64,000 nt of DNA from Gemmatimonadota bacterium (GTDB taxonomy: Bacteria; Gemmatimonadota; Gemmatimonadetes; Palauibacterales; Palauibacteraceae): positions 256,001 to 320,000 of the forward strand of contig OZ220691.1 in assembly GCA_965116475.1 (NCBI GenBank). Direction: 5' to 3'. The notes beneath the pieces were generated by a model that worked only from the letters and a program-made list of their open reading frames with translations, was not told the origin of the DNA and did not search any database. Shown here one piece after another: positions 18,779 through 29,051 of this stretch (positions within the stretch are counted from its first letter, which is position 1; every line of letters begins with the position of its first letter). Made by a program: the position numbers and the translations under genes.

Positions 18779-21019
18779 ATGTCGCTCCGCTCCCTTCGGC
18801 CCGGCCTCCGGGTCGGACTTTTCCTCGTCTGCGCTGCCCTCGCGAGCTGCGGCACGCCACCCGAATACACACCCGACCACACGCCTGAGGAACTCGAAGC
18901 GGCGAAGGCCGAGCTTCGGGATCACATACGCCTGCGCACCTTCGAGGCGGGCCTTCCCTTCGGCGAGGAATGGGTCGCGCGAGCCCCCCGGGACGCCGAA
19001 CTCCGGGCCCTCTACGCGGAACAACTCGGGGGTTGGCGGCTGTTCAAGGAGATTCGGGAGCAGGCCGACGCGATCCTGAACGATGACCCGGAGAACCCCT
19101 GGGGCCGGTATACGCGAGCCCTGGAGTTCTTCGCCCAAGGCGACTGGGAGCTTGCGGCCGAGCCGAGTCTCCAGGCCTGGGAGGCGCTGCCGCGCCCGGA
19201 GTTCGCTGCCGCGTACCTGCAGGCGACGATGGGCCGCGGCGTTGAAGAAGTTCGTGCGTTCCTGGTTTCACTCGACTCCGCCACGCGCGTGGCACCGGAA
19301 GTCCTGCGCAGACAGGCGGAGCTGGAGTCGTGGGCCCAATACGAACTCGACGACCCCGCGTGGGCGGACTCGAGTCTCGCGACCTACGCAGAGCTGCGCG
19401 AACGCTGGCCGGACCACGTGGACGGCTATCTGGGCGCTGCGGAAGACCTGTTCCGCGCCAATCGGGCAGAGGAGGCGCTGCCGCTGATCGAACGGGCCGT
19501 CGCGCTCGCCCCCGGCTCATTGGACGTCCGGCAGTGGCATTGGTGGATCCTGTTCGAGTCGGGTGTGCTGCCGGCCGAAGGGCGGCGCCCGGCCGTCGAG
19601 GCCAGCATCGCGGCGTTCCAGGACGCGGGGCCCGAATCCATCCGCGGGCTCTCGGCGACCGCGAGCATGTACCGGGACATGGAAGACATGGAGCGTGCGG
19701 AAAAACTCGAAGCTCTGGTCGTCGAGCGCGCTCCCCTCAGCCGCCACGCATCGCTGATATACGCGCGCGAGTACAACGCCGCGCGTAGCGAGCTGAACCG
19801 GCTCTTCCAGGCTGAAGGCCGCGATTCCCCGGAATACATGGCGCAGCTCGAAGTGGTGCGCGCCGCCGTAAACCGCTTTCTCGAGCGACCGCTGTACTCG
19901 GACCGACCCAAGGCAAGCGCCTACATGAGCCTCTACTTCGCGCTCCGGGACATGGATCCGGTGCCGCCGGAAGAACTGGCCGAAGCCGTACGGGGACTCG
20001 TCGCGTACAACGACCTGAACCCACACATCACATTTGGATCCGCGCTCATCGACATGGTGGAATCCACCCCGTATGCGCTGGAGGCGGCCGAGATCGCACG
20101 GAATCACGGGCTCAAAAACGCCGTCGACCGCGCCCGAGAGTCGCGCAACTCCTTCGATACCGAGGGAGAGTGGGAACAGTTCCTTCGCTACTACCTGAGC
20201 ATCGTCCACGATGCGATGGGCTGGGCCTATTTCAAGGCAGGACGGGTGGAAGACGGGCTGCACGCGCTGGAGCGCTCTCTCGTGCTGACGGAGTCGAATC
20301 GGGAGACCCGATATCACCTCGGACAAGTGTACGAACACTTCGCCGACCGGGCGGACGGGAATGGAGACGCCGAAGCGGCCATCGAGTGGCTGGACCGGGC
20401 GGAGGACTCCTACATCGCCGGCCTCGGAAGCACTCGGGTGGGCGAGAACCCCAGTCAGTCCGCGATCGAAGCGCTGTACGAGCGTCGCAACGGCAGCCGC
20501 GAAGGGATCGACGAATACCTCGCCACCCTCACTGAGCGCGACCAGATCCGCCGCCGCGAGCGGATCCTTGAGTCGCGGGTGGAGGCGGCGGGGACGTACG
20601 AGCCGTTCCGGTTGGCGCGGCTCGACGGGTCCATGGTCGACTCCGCCGACCTCGATGGGAAGGTCGCCGTGGTGCACTTCTGGGGCACGTGGTGCGGCCC
20701 GTGCATCGTCGAGATGCCCGAGTACCAGAAGTTCGACCTCCGGTACCGGAACGACCCCGATGTCCGCGTGGTCTCGATCAGCAACGACACGTCACGTGAC
20801 CTCGTCGAAGAATACCTCCAGCGAAACGACTTCGACTTCCAGGTGCTGATGGATGACGGCTACGTTCAGCGGGCCGGGATCGGGGCCTGGCCGACAACGT
20901 GGTTCGTGGACCGAGATGGATACATCCAGTTCGTGAAAATCGGCAACACCTCGAAGCTGGACGAGGAATTCTCCTGGCGCGTCGAGGCGCTCCGCGGCGC
21001 TCGCCTCGACCTCCCCTGA
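18779..21019 (+). CDS. TPR-repeat lipoprotein with C-terminal TlpA/redoxin domain (tandem paralog)
   Basis: Lipobox ALASC; colinear with 16485..18731; FWGTWCGPC. Confidence 0.88.
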   Translation: MSLRSLRPGLRVGLFLVCAALASCGTPPEYTPDHTPEELEAAKAELRDHIRLRTFEAGLPFGEEWVARAPRDAELRALYAEQLGGWRLFKEIREQADAILNDDPENPWGRYTRALEFFAQGDWELAAEPSLQAWEALPRPEFAAAYLQATMGRGVEEVRAFLVSLDSATRVAPEVLRRQAELESWAQYELDDPAWADSSLATYAELRERWPDHVDGYLGAAEDLFRANRAEEALPLIERAVALAPGSLDVRQWHWWILFESGVLPAEGRRPAVEASIAAFQDAGPESIRGLSATASMYRDMEDMERAEKLEALVVERAPLSRHASLIYAREYNAARSELNRLFQAEGRDSPEYMAQLEVVRAAVNRFLERPLYSDRPKASAYMSLYFALRDMDPVPPEELAEAVRGLVAYNDLNPHITFGSALIDMVESTPYALEAAEIARNHGLKNAVDRARESRNSFDTEGEWEQFLRYYLSIVHDAMGWAYFKAGRVEDGLHALERSLVLTESNRETRYHLGQVYEHFADRADGNGDAEAAIEWLDRAEDSYIAGLGSTRVGENPSQSAIEALYERRNGSREGIDEYLATLTERDQIRRRERILESRVEAAGTYEPFRLARLDGSMVDSADLDGKVAVVHFWGTWCGPCIVEMPEYQKFDLRYRNDPDVRVVSISNDTSRDLVEEYLQRNDFDFQVLMDDGYVQRAGIGAWPTTWFVDRDGYIQFVKIGNTSKLDEEFSWRVEALRGARLDLP

Positions 21020-21076
21020 CACACCGCGCTACCAAGTCACCCGGCGGTGTGACCCGGGGTCGCGGGCATTGTGCTG

Positions 21077-22717
21077 CTACCAGCGGAAGGCGGTTCGGGC
21101 GGCCTCCGCGGCGAGTAGCGTTCGCAGTTGTCGGGCCGTGTCGACGGGCAGGTAGGGGATGTCCACCTTGTGGGCGGCGGCCCCCGCGCCGGCCGTATCC
21201 ACCCGGAGGCTCGCCATCCCGCGCCAGCGGTCGAGCGGTGACGCGCGCAACGCCACGACCTGGACGCGGGTGTAGCGGGCGATCGTCGTGCGGCGCCACA
21301 GCCAGCCGCTGCGGAACCAGACCATGTCGTCCTTGAGCGCCCACCCGAGGCAGGCGACGTAGCGCCGCGCGTAGAACACGGCCCAGGCCAGAAAGGCGGC
21401 GTGGAAGGCCACGCCCCAGGCTCCGAGGGTGAAGTAGAGCGGCACCGATGCCAGCGTGGCGACGAAGCACGTCCCCCTCGCCACGCGCCGGAAGGCGAGC
21501 GGAGAGACGGGCTCCCAGCCGACCTCGGGGGCGTCCAGTTCGGGGATCACCTCCCGGAGGAACTCGCGCAGGCGTTCCCGCCGGAGGATGGGCGCGAGCC
21601 GGTGCCGGTGCGGATCCGCGTTCCCCGGTTGTCCGGCCTGGCCGCCTCCGGCGGTCTGGACCCCGACCGCAACGCGGCCCGCCCAGCGCTGCAGCGGCCC
21701 CTCGTGGATGGTCACGGTCTGAACGCGGCGCAGCGGGATGGTGGCGGCGACCTGCGTCAGCATGCCGAACGTGGCGCGCAGCCCCTCCTCGGACCGCACG
21801 ACGCGGTAGTCGTGCAGGCGCACGAGCGTCCAGGCGACGGAGAGCAGCCGGGCGAAGATGACGAAGGCGACGACCAGCGCCGCAATGGCGGCCACGGTCG
21901 CCGCGATGCCGGCCGCCACCACGTCCGCGGCCGCGCCCTCGACCGCGGGGCCGAGCCACGACTGCTCCCCGGCGACCCAGTCGGAGGCCCGCTCGAAGAG
22001 GCCCGTCTCCCACGCGAGGCCGAGGGCGGCCGCGATCAGCACCATGCCGCGGTTCTGGAGCAGGCCGTGGATCAGGAGTTCGCGCGCGGGGAGGTGCAGC
22101 AGCGTGCGCCCCTCCACCGCTGCAGCCGACGCGCGATCCACCGGCGCCACCGTCGGGGTCGCGACCCTCCCCTCCTCGACGACCGACCCGTCCTCGGCGA
22201 ACGCCCCCTCCGCCGCGGCCGCCCCCTCCGCTGCGGCCCCCTCCCCGGCCGCATCGCGCTTTCCCTCGCGGACCCGCTCCCGCAGCGCTTCGAGCGCCGG
22301 CAGCGGGAGAACGGTCAGCGTCGCCTCGGGTTCCTGCCCCCCGCCCGTCTGGAGCTTGACCTCCACGACGCCCAGCACGCGGTGGAAGACGCCCTGCACG
22401 GCGTCGAGGTTCTGGACCCGCGCGTAGGGGACGTGCCGCTCGCGGCGGAACAGGAGTCCGCTCCGGATCACGAGTTCCGCCTCCTCGTACCGGTACCGGA
22501 ACGTCAGATAGTGGACGACGGACGCCGCCACGAACGGGATGAGGCCGATGAGGAGGACGGAACGCATCTCCACGACGCCCAGGAAGTTGGCCGACGCGCC
22601 TCCGATGATCAGGGGGAGGATCGCGCGGCGGATCTGGCCGGCGAGCGAGAAGCCGATGGAGAGCGGGTGGAGTCGGTGCTCGACGGCCCGGGAGGGCGCC
22701 GCTGCCTCAGACGGCAT
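21077..22717 (-). CDS. Bacterial PH-domain membrane protein (YdbT-like)
   Basis: RLHPLS start and three bPH_2-like repeats (IRSGLLFRRERHVPYARVQ; IPLRRVQTVTI; FRSGWLWRRTTI). Confidence 0.85.
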   Translation of the reverse strand: MPSEAAAPSRAVEHRLHPLSIGFSLAGQIRRAILPLIIGGASANFLGVVEMRSVLLIGLIPFVAASVVHYLTFRYRYEEAELVIRSGLLFRRERHVPYARVQNLDAVQGVFHRVLGVVEVKLQTGGGQEPEATLTVLPLPALEALRERVREGKRDAAGEGAAAEGAAAAEGAFAEDGSVVEEGRVATPTVAPVDRASAAAVEGRTLLHLPARELLIHGLLQNRGMVLIAAALGLAWETGLFERASDWVAGEQSWLGPAVEGAAADVVAAGIAATVAAIAALVVAFVIFARLLSVAWTLVRLHDYRVVRSEEGLRATFGMLTQVAATIPLRRVQTVTIHEGPLQRWAGRVAVGVQTAGGGQAGQPGNADPHRHRLAPILRRERLREFLREVIPELDAPEVGWEPVSPLAFRRVARGTCFVATLASVPLYFTLGAWGVAFHAAFLAWAVFYARRYVACLGWALKDDMVWFRSGWLWRRTTIARYTRVQVVALRASPLDRWRGMASLRVDTAGAGAAAHKVDIPYLPVDTARQLRTLLAAEAARTAFRW

Positions 22718-23288
22718 CGTCCCCCGCGGGCGGCAGGAGGTGATCGCGGATGCGGAGCGCGGTTTCGTGCTCGAGTCCGTCGAGGGAGACCTTGGCGTAG
22801 TCGGTGCCCGCGGTGTAGATGCCCAGCGTGCCGAGGCCGTAGCGGCGCTCGAGCGGCCCCTGCGACACGTCGGTGTGCTGCACGCGGGAACGCGCCACGC
22901 TGATCGCCTGCCGCCAGATGACGCCCTTGCGGATCTCGATCCCGTCCGGGTGCACGGCGTAGGACGCGTAGCGGTGGTGAAGGGCGGGCCACCGGTACAG
23001 CCACCAGCCCAGCCCGCCCGTGATGGCGGCCCAGACGCCGGCGATCGCCGCCACGACGCCCGGCGGCGGCCCGGCTGCGGCCCACGCCACCGCGACCCCC
23101 ACCGCGAGCGGGAGCGAGACGCAACCGGTGACGATGCCGCCGATCGTGCGCTGCAGCGGGATCACCTTCGGGTCGAGAGAACGGCGCACCCCGTCCGCGA
23201 TGCCGTCGGCTGCCGGGGCTGCCGGGCCCGCCGCCTCTGCCGCCTCTGCCGTCTCTGCCGTCTCGATGTTGTGCGTCGACTCGTTCAT
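22707..23288 (-). CDS. Bacterial PH-domain membrane protein (YdbS-like)
   Basis: Two TM segments then IRKGVIWR...[28 protein letters not shown]. Confidence 0.88.
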   Translation of the reverse strand: MNESTHNIETAETAEAAEAAGPAAPAADGIADGVRRSLDPKVIPLQRTIGGIVTGCVSLPLAVGVAVAWAAAGPPPGVVAAIAGVWAAITGGLGWWLYRWPALHHRYASYAVHPDGIEIRKGVIWRQAISVARSRVQHTDVSQGPLERRYGLGTLGIYTAGTDYAKVSLDGLEHETALRIRDHLLPPAGDDAV

Positions 23289-23373
23289 GTGGACAAGTTA
23301 CGCTGATCGAAGGGTCTTCGTGTCGCAGACCCGGGCCGGCGGGGACCGGCCGGCGATCCGATGGGAGGAAGCC

Positions 23374-23724
23374 GTGAGCGCCGCGGAGTCACGCAGCGAC
23401 GAAGAACTGCTCGCCGAGTGTACGGTCGAAACGTTCCGGGCCGGCGGTCCGGGCGGCCAGCACCAGAACAAGACGGAGTCGGCCGTGCGGCTCACGCACC
23501 GTCCCACCGGCATCGTCGTGACCGCGCGCGAGTCCCGCAGCCAGCACCGCAACCGCGCCCGCGCCCTGGAACGGCTCCGCGCCGCCCTCCGCGAGCGGGA
23601 GCACACGCCGCGGCCCCGCCGCCCGACGAAGCCCACCCGCGCCTCCCGCGAGGAGCGGCTGCAACAGAAACGGCGCCGCTCCCTCACGAAGAGGCAGCGG
23701 CGCCGTCCCGGACCCGACGAGTAG
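23374..23724 (+). CDS. arfB: ArfB/YaeJ-like ribosome-rescue peptidyl-tRNA hydrolase (release factor GGQ domain)
   Basis: [29 protein letters not shown], basic tail [23 protein letters not shown]. Confidence 0.75.
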   Translation: MSAAESRSDEELLAECTVETFRAGGPGGQHQNKTESAVRLTHRPTGIVVTARESRSQHRNRARALERLRAALREREHTPRPRRPTKPTRASREERLQQKRRRSLTKRQRRRPGPDE

Positions 23725-23762
23725 CCGGCGCGAGCCGAACGCCCGAGACCCGACTCCGCGCG

Positions 23763-25127
23763 TCAGGTCGTCGTCGTGGTGACCCGCCGCGCCGGGCGAT
23801 TGTTGTACTTCTCCCACAGGCTGCGGTGCTTGTTGTCCAGGTCGGACGGCACGCCCTTGATGAACACCCACTCGATCCGGGTCGTGATCTCGAGCGGGTC
23901 TCCGTCGGTCACGATCAGGTTCCCCACCTTCCCGACCTCCAGCGACCCCAGCCGGTCGTCCACGCCCAGCACGCGCGCCGGGCCCAGCGTCACGGCTTCC
24001 AGCGCGGCCTCCTTCGAGAGCCCCCACGACACGGAGTTCGCCGCCTCGTAGGGGAGCGTCCGCGCGTCGGACGAGTTGAAGGTCGCGAACGCGATCTCGA
24101 CCCCCGCGTCTCGCAGCACGCCGGGCAGCGTGTTCGGATCGTCGTACGCGGTGTCCTCGCCCTGCGGCAGCCGCTGCACCGGCCCCAGGATCACGGGGAT
24201 GTTCTTCTCGGCCAGCGTGCCCGCGATCTCTCGCGCGCCGTTTCCGCCCGCGATGACGAGGTCCAGGTTCCACTTCTCCGCGAACTCGATCGCCGACTCG
24301 ATCTCGCGCCACCCGTTCGCCCGCACGATGACCTTCATCCCGCGGTCGAGGACGCGCGACAGGTGCTCGAGCTGGATGTTGCGGGGCACGCGGCTCGACC
24401 CGGACGCCACCGCCTGCCGGTAGTGCTCCGCGGCGACGAACCACGAGTCCATCTCCGCCACGTCCTCGTCGAAGCGCTCCTGCGCCCGCCGGAAGGAACG
24501 GCCGCCCGCCGGGGGCCCGAAGCCGGCGAAGGCCCGGAAACCCGTCGACAGCGTGGGCCAGCCGAGGACCATGGCCGCGGTCTTCTCGATCTCCATCTCC
24601 TCCACCGTCCAGCCGTCGAGATGGATGAGCGTGGCCTGGCCCTGGATGCCGGAGCCTCCGCCGCCGAAGCCGCGGCCCCGGCCGCCGGGGGCGACCATCG
24701 AGTGCGTGATCCCGTTCGCTCGCGCGACGGGAATGTGCTCGCTGGCGGGGTGGATCGCCGTGTGTGCGTTGAGGTGCGGATTCCAGCGCCCCAGTTCGCC
24801 CGCGTCGTTCGTCACCGCAACGGCCCCGATCTCCGTGAGCCCGAGCGAGCTGAACGAATCGATCATGCCGGGAAAGACATGCTTCCCTTCCCCGTCGATG
24901 ATCTCGGCGTCCGCCGGGATGTCGACGTCGGATCCGACCGCGATGATGCGGCCGTCCCGGATGACGATCGTCCCGCCCTCGATCACGCCGTCGGCCACCG
25001 TGTGAATCGTGGCCCCCTGCACCGCGAACGTGCCGCCCTCCTGCGCCGCGGCCTGAGCCGGCAGGGCGAATCCGACCGTCCCGAGGACCGCCGCCGCCGC
25101 GAATATCGACTTCACCGTGCGTGTCAT
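23763..25127 (-). CDS. Secreted amidohydrolase-family protein lacking the HxH metal motif
   Basis: Signal peptide; FPGMIDSFSSLG; ALEAVTLGPARVLGVDDRLGSLEVGKVGNL. Confidence 0.85.
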   Translation of the reverse strand: MTRTVKSIFAAAAVLGTVGFALPAQAAAQEGGTFAVQGATIHTVADGVIEGGTIVIRDGRIIAVGSDVDIPADAEIIDGEGKHVFPGMIDSFSSLGLTEIGAVAVTNDAGELGRWNPHLNAHTAIHPASEHIPVARANGITHSMVAPGGRGRGFGGGGSGIQGQATLIHLDGWTVEEMEIEKTAAMVLGWPTLSTGFRAFAGFGPPAGGRSFRRAQERFDEDVAEMDSWFVAAEHYRQAVASGSSRVPRNIQLEHLSRVLDRGMKVIVRANGWREIESAIEFAEKWNLDLVIAGGNGAREIAGTLAEKNIPVILGPVQRLPQGEDTAYDDPNTLPGVLRDAGVEIAFATFNSSDARTLPYEAANSVSWGLSKEAALEAVTLGPARVLGVDDRLGSLEVGKVGNLIVTDGDPLEITTRIEWVFIKGVPSDLDNKHRSLWEKYNNRPARRVTTTTT

Positions 25128-26536
25128 CGTCCACCTCCTGACCGGTTGCCGGGATCCCGCTCGTCGCCGGAGTCGTCTTCGTCGTCGGCCTCGCCGAGCA
25201 TCTCTCTCAGCTCCGCCTTCTCGGCCGCGATCTCGGCCCGCAGCGCCATGTCCGCGTCGATATCGAACACCACGTCGCCGTCGATATACGTCGTCCGGAC
25301 CCTCGCGTAGGAGGAGAGCGGATAGTTCTCCCACAGGACGATGTCCGCGTCCTTCCCCGCCGCCAGGGACCCCACGCGGTCGTCGATCATGAGCTGGATC
25401 GCCGGGTTGATGGTGACGGTGGCGAGGGCCTCGGCCTCGCTCAGGCCACCCCACTTCATCGTCTTGGCGGCTTCCTGGTTGAGGTGCCGTCCCTCTTCTC
25501 CGCTGTCGGAGTTGATGGAGACGTTGACGCCGCGCTGCGTCATGATCGCCGCGTTGTGCGGAATCGCCTCGTAGGCCTCCATCTTGTACGCCCACCAGTC
25601 CGAGAACGTGGAGGCGTGGGCCCCGTGCTCCGCCATCTCGTCGGCCACGCGATAGCCTTCGAGGACGTGCTGGAACACGTGGATGCGGAAGCCGAATTCC
25701 TCGGCCACCCGCATGAGCTGCAGGATCTCGTCGGCGCGGTAGCTGTGCGCGTGTACGTAGCGCGTGCCTTCGAGGACCTCGACGAGCGGATCCATGGTCA
25801 GGTTGCGGCGCGGCGGGATCGCGTCGCGGTCGCCGTCGGCCACGCGCGCCCGGTAGGCGTCCCACTCGGCCTTGTACTCGGTGGCCTCGATGAAGGCCTG
25901 CCGGACCACGTCCATCACGCCCATGCGGGAGGCGGGATAGCGCGCCTCCTGTCCGGGAAGCGTGGGGCTGCCGGCCCGCTTCGGGTTCTCGCCGAGGGCG
26001 AACTTGATGGTGGGCGGCGCGCCCTGGAAGAGCAGACCCTGCGCGTCCGCGCCCCAGCGGTGCTTGATGACGGCGTTGTTCCCGCCGATCGGATTCGCGC
26101 TCCCGTGCATGACGTGCGATGTCGTCGTGCCGCCCGCCGCCTCGCGGTAGATCGCGATGTCGGTCGGGTCGATCACGTCGTGGATCGACACCATGGAGGA
26201 GACGGAGACCGCCCCCTCGTTGATCGCGTCGGCCGCGATGTGGGAGTGGGCGTCGACGATGCCGGGTGTGATGAACTTGCCCGTCGCGTCGATGACCGTC
26301 GCGCCGGAGGGCGCCTCCACCTCGGAGGCCGGACCGACGGCGACGATGCGCCCGCCCTCGAACAGGATGGCGCCGTCCTCGATCCGCCCGGCTTCCGCCG
26401 CGGTGAGAATCGTGGCGCCCGTGATGAGGATCGGCTGCTCCTGCGCGGCCGCCCCGACCGGAACCGCGAAGGCGAGGCCGAGCGCCAGGCACCCGGCTGC
26501 GACCCGTCCGGCAGCCCGTATCGTCGCATATCTCAT
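25124..26536 (-). CDS. Secreted metal-dependent amidohydrolase
   Basis: PGIVDAHSH, KFALGENPKR, HAHSY, FQHVLEG, INSDS, GSLAAGKDAD. Confidence 0.9.
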   Translation of the reverse strand: MRYATIRAAGRVAAGCLALGLAFAVPVGAAAQEQPILITGATILTAAEAGRIEDGAILFEGGRIVAVGPASEVEAPSGATVIDATGKFITPGIVDAHSHIAADAINEGAVSVSSMVSIHDVIDPTDIAIYREAAGGTTTSHVMHGSANPIGGNNAVIKHRWGADAQGLLFQGAPPTIKFALGENPKRAGSPTLPGQEARYPASRMGVMDVVRQAFIEATEYKAEWDAYRARVADGDRDAIPPRRNLTMDPLVEVLEGTRYVHAHSYRADEILQLMRVAEEFGFRIHVFQHVLEGYRVADEMAEHGAHASTFSDWWAYKMEAYEAIPHNAAIMTQRGVNVSINSDSGEEGRHLNQEAAKTMKWGGLSEAEALATVTINPAIQLMIDDRVGSLAAGKDADIVLWENYPLSSYARVRTTYIDGDVVFDIDADMALRAEIAAEKAELREMLGEADDEDDSGDERDPGNRSGGGR

Positions 26537-28244
26537 CGGACACCTCCTCCGGGCCTCGTGCCCGTGAAGTCCATGTTGCGCGCACCTCCGAAGGAAGCGT
26601 TCCCCTCGATCGCATCGCCTTCGACCGTGCCGGTGTAGACGATCTCCACTTCCATGCCCGGTCCCATCGTGGCCGAAGCCGTGATGCTGAACTCGTTGCC
26701 GCTCACCCAGCCGTCGGTGATCCGCTGCTCGCCGCGCTCGCCCTGGATCGTGCCGGAGATCGTGCCGTCCTCCGATACCTCGAGTTCGGCCGTCGCTTCC
26801 TGCGAGTCGTTGTTCAGGGAGAGGAGCCAGGTCCCGTTCATGTCGACCGCCGGGGGCTCCGTGGGACGCGGCTCGGGCGCTTCCTCCTCGAACCGGTGGC
26901 CGTCGACGAACACCATCCGAATGTCGGTGTCCTCGTCGAACAGCGGGCCGTCCGTGACGACGAGGTTCGCGATCTTGCCCGCCTCGACCGAGCCGAGCAT
27001 CGCGTCCACGCCGTAGATGCGGGCGGGCGCGGCGGTGAGCGCCTCCAGCGCCGCCTCCTCGGAGAGCCCGTTCTCGATCGCGGTCCGCACCTTGTCCATC
27101 ATGGCGCGGGGGCTCCCGGCCGAGCCGCTGTAGAAGGCCCATTCGACGCCCGCCTGCTCGAGCCGGGCCGGCGTCGTCGGCGCGTAGGCGCGGCGCTTCA
27201 GCGACGAGAGCGACTCGTCGGCTTCCGGATCCGCGTCGCGGTTCCGCTCCGGCCAGTCCACGTTCACGAGCACCTGGGCGCCCGCGGCGGCGATCTCGTC
27301 GGCGAGCCCGTACGCCTCGTGCGCGCCCTGAAGGACCGGCCGCGTGCCCGTGTCGCGCCCGAGCTTGATCGCGCGCCGGATCTGCCGCACCTCGTTCGCC
27401 GGCATGACCGTGGGCCACCCGCCGGCGATCGCATCCTGGATCGGGCCGAGCGCCCGGTCGTAGGTGGGCCTCGGCTGGCCGCTCGGGTTGGCCGTGTAGC
27501 GCGCCTCGTACTGCCGGCTGTGATCGGCGTCGAGGTAGAGTTGCCGGATGTAGGCGATGACGCCCATGAGCGAACCCGGGAAGCTCCGGAATCCGCCGGC
27601 TCCGCTCATCGTCACGCGGAGCGCCGCGGGCGCCTTCACGACCATCTCCTGCTCGTCGCCCGCGAGGTTCACGACGACGCCCTGCCCCGTCACGATCCCG
27701 TCGTCCGGGGCCACCAGAGCGTTCGTGAACCCGCCGCTGCGCCACGTCTCGATCGCGTCGGCGTCCGGGTCCAGCATGTCGGCCGCGTTGATCCAGGAGT
27801 TCGTCGCCGGACGGTCCTCGGGTCCCACGGTGCGGGGCTGGTTCGCCTGCTCGGCAAACACGGCAAAGGGGTTGCCTCCGCCGCCGCCTCCGGGGTGCCC
27901 GCCTGCGAGGCCATCCCGACCTGGGACAACCCGTCGAACAGGCCGGGATAGACGGTCAGGCCCGAGACGTCGATCGCCCAGGCGTCGCCGGGGACCTCGA
28001 CATCGGCTCCCACGGCTTCGATGAGGCCGTTGGCGATGACGACGGTGCCGTTCTCGATCACGGCGCCCGTGCCGGTCACGATGCGCGCGTTCTGGAGGGC
28101 GAAGAACGGGGGAGGCACCGGGGCCTGGCTCGGCATGTACTGCGCGTCGGCGGGCGCCGGGGCCGCGAGGCCCGACAGCGACGCGAGGAGCAGTCCCGGG
28201 ACCACCCCGCCCGCCAGCCGGCGCGCGAGTGCGGTTCGGTTCAT
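26533..28244 (-). pseudogene. Secreted amidohydrolase-family protein split by a one-base frameshift near 27890-27912 (or a sequencing indel)
   Basis: N-terminal ORF 27690..28244 (signal, [14 protein letters not shown]) continues in ORF 26533..27861 ([13 protein letters not shown]...GSVEAGKIANL). Confidence 0.75.
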
Positions 28245-28266
28245 GAGAAGTACATCCTTCCGAATG

Positions 28267-28320
28267 GGTCCATCACGGGGTCCATCACGGGTCCATCACG
28301 GGTCCATCACGGTCCATCGC
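28267..28320. repeat. Tandem repeat, five copies of GGTCCATC(A/G)C with variable G padding
   Basis: Cores start at 28267, 28279, 28290, 28301 and 28311. Confidence 0.92.
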
Positions 28321-28416
28321 GCGGAAACATGCCTCCGCGCATCCCTTCACAACACGCCAGGGCAAATCTCCGTTCAGTCCCGCGCGCGGTCAACGCCGCC
28401 GCGGCGCCGACGAAGG

Positions 28417-28815
28417 CTATCCGACGGTTCGGACCAGTCCGGACTCGATGATGCGGCGGTCCCGGGTCAGAAGCGTGGCGCCCAGGGCCCTGGCCGTCGC
28501 GACGATCGTCCTGTCCGCGGGATCGCGGTGGAACGAATCCGGCAGGGCCGCGATCTCCGAAGCGATGGCCGGCGATATCCCCTGCCGCCGAACCAGCGGA
28601 GGCGCCACGGCCTTCTCCAGCCAGTCGCGCAGCGGGATCGACAGCCGGATCCGGCCGAGACCGCACAGCGTCGCCACCTCCAGGAGAGAAATATCCGAAA
28701 CGATCAGGGGCGTCCGGCCGTCGGCCGCTTCGATGATCTCCCGTTGGGCCGCGGAGAGGCGACCCGAATCCTCGAACCACCAGATCAGGATGTGCGTGTC
28801 CAGCAGCGGCGTCAC
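28417..28815 (-). CDS. vapC: PIN-domain (VapC) toxin
   Basis: LLDTHILIWW, SDISLLEV, FHRDPADRTIVATA, LLTRD. Confidence 0.93.
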   Translation of the reverse strand: MTPLLDTHILIWWFEDSGRLSAAQREIIEAADGRTPLIVSDISLLEVATLCGLGRIRLSIPLRDWLEKAVAPPLVRRQGISPAIASEIAALPDSFHRDPADRTIVATARALGATLLTRDRRIIESGLVRTVG

Positions 28816-29051
28816 TTCCCCAGCATCTCCCAGTGTTCCTCGGGAATCGCCGGCCCGACGATATCGCCGTGCACGGTAACGGTCCCGATCAACTCCTCCT
28901 GCGGGTACTCGGAGGCGGAATGGCTTGGCGGGACAAGTTCGGCGACCGGCCGACCCCGTTTCAGGATGACGATCCGTTCACCGGTATCGCGCACCCTGTC
29001 GAGGATCGCCAGGCACCTGGCTTTGAAGTCGGAAGCGTTGATCGTTTCCAT
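28812..29051 (-). CDS. Phd/YefM-family antitoxin
   Basis: INASDFKARCLAILDRV...IVILKRGRPVAELVP; GTGA overlap with the toxin. Confidence 0.92.
   Translation of the reverse strand: METINASDFKARCLAILDRVRDTGERIVILKRGRPVAELVPPSHSASEYPQEELIGTVTVHGDIVGPAIPEEHWEMLGK

Noticed and set aside
2698-21019. Further Sec recoding in OsmC or the TlpA-domain proteins
   Set aside because: Their redox motifs are complete with Cys codons, and there is no internal TGA
23230-23264. 9-bp tandem repeat encoding [12 protein letters not shown]
   Set aside because: In-frame low-complexity N-terminal linker; no sign of a separate function
23763-26615. 950-aa and 873-aa fused amidohydrolase ORFs in the track
   Set aside because: The N-terminal extensions are out-of-frame overlaps; the real starts at 25127 and 26536 have an RBS, signal peptides and ATGA coupling
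28267-28320. Short repeat array as a possible CRISPR
   Set aside because: Units are 10-12 bp with no spacers, and there are no cas genes
28417-29051. Toxin-antitoxin module as a marker of a prophage or mobile island
   Set aside because: No integrase, transposase, att-like repeats or phage genes nearby
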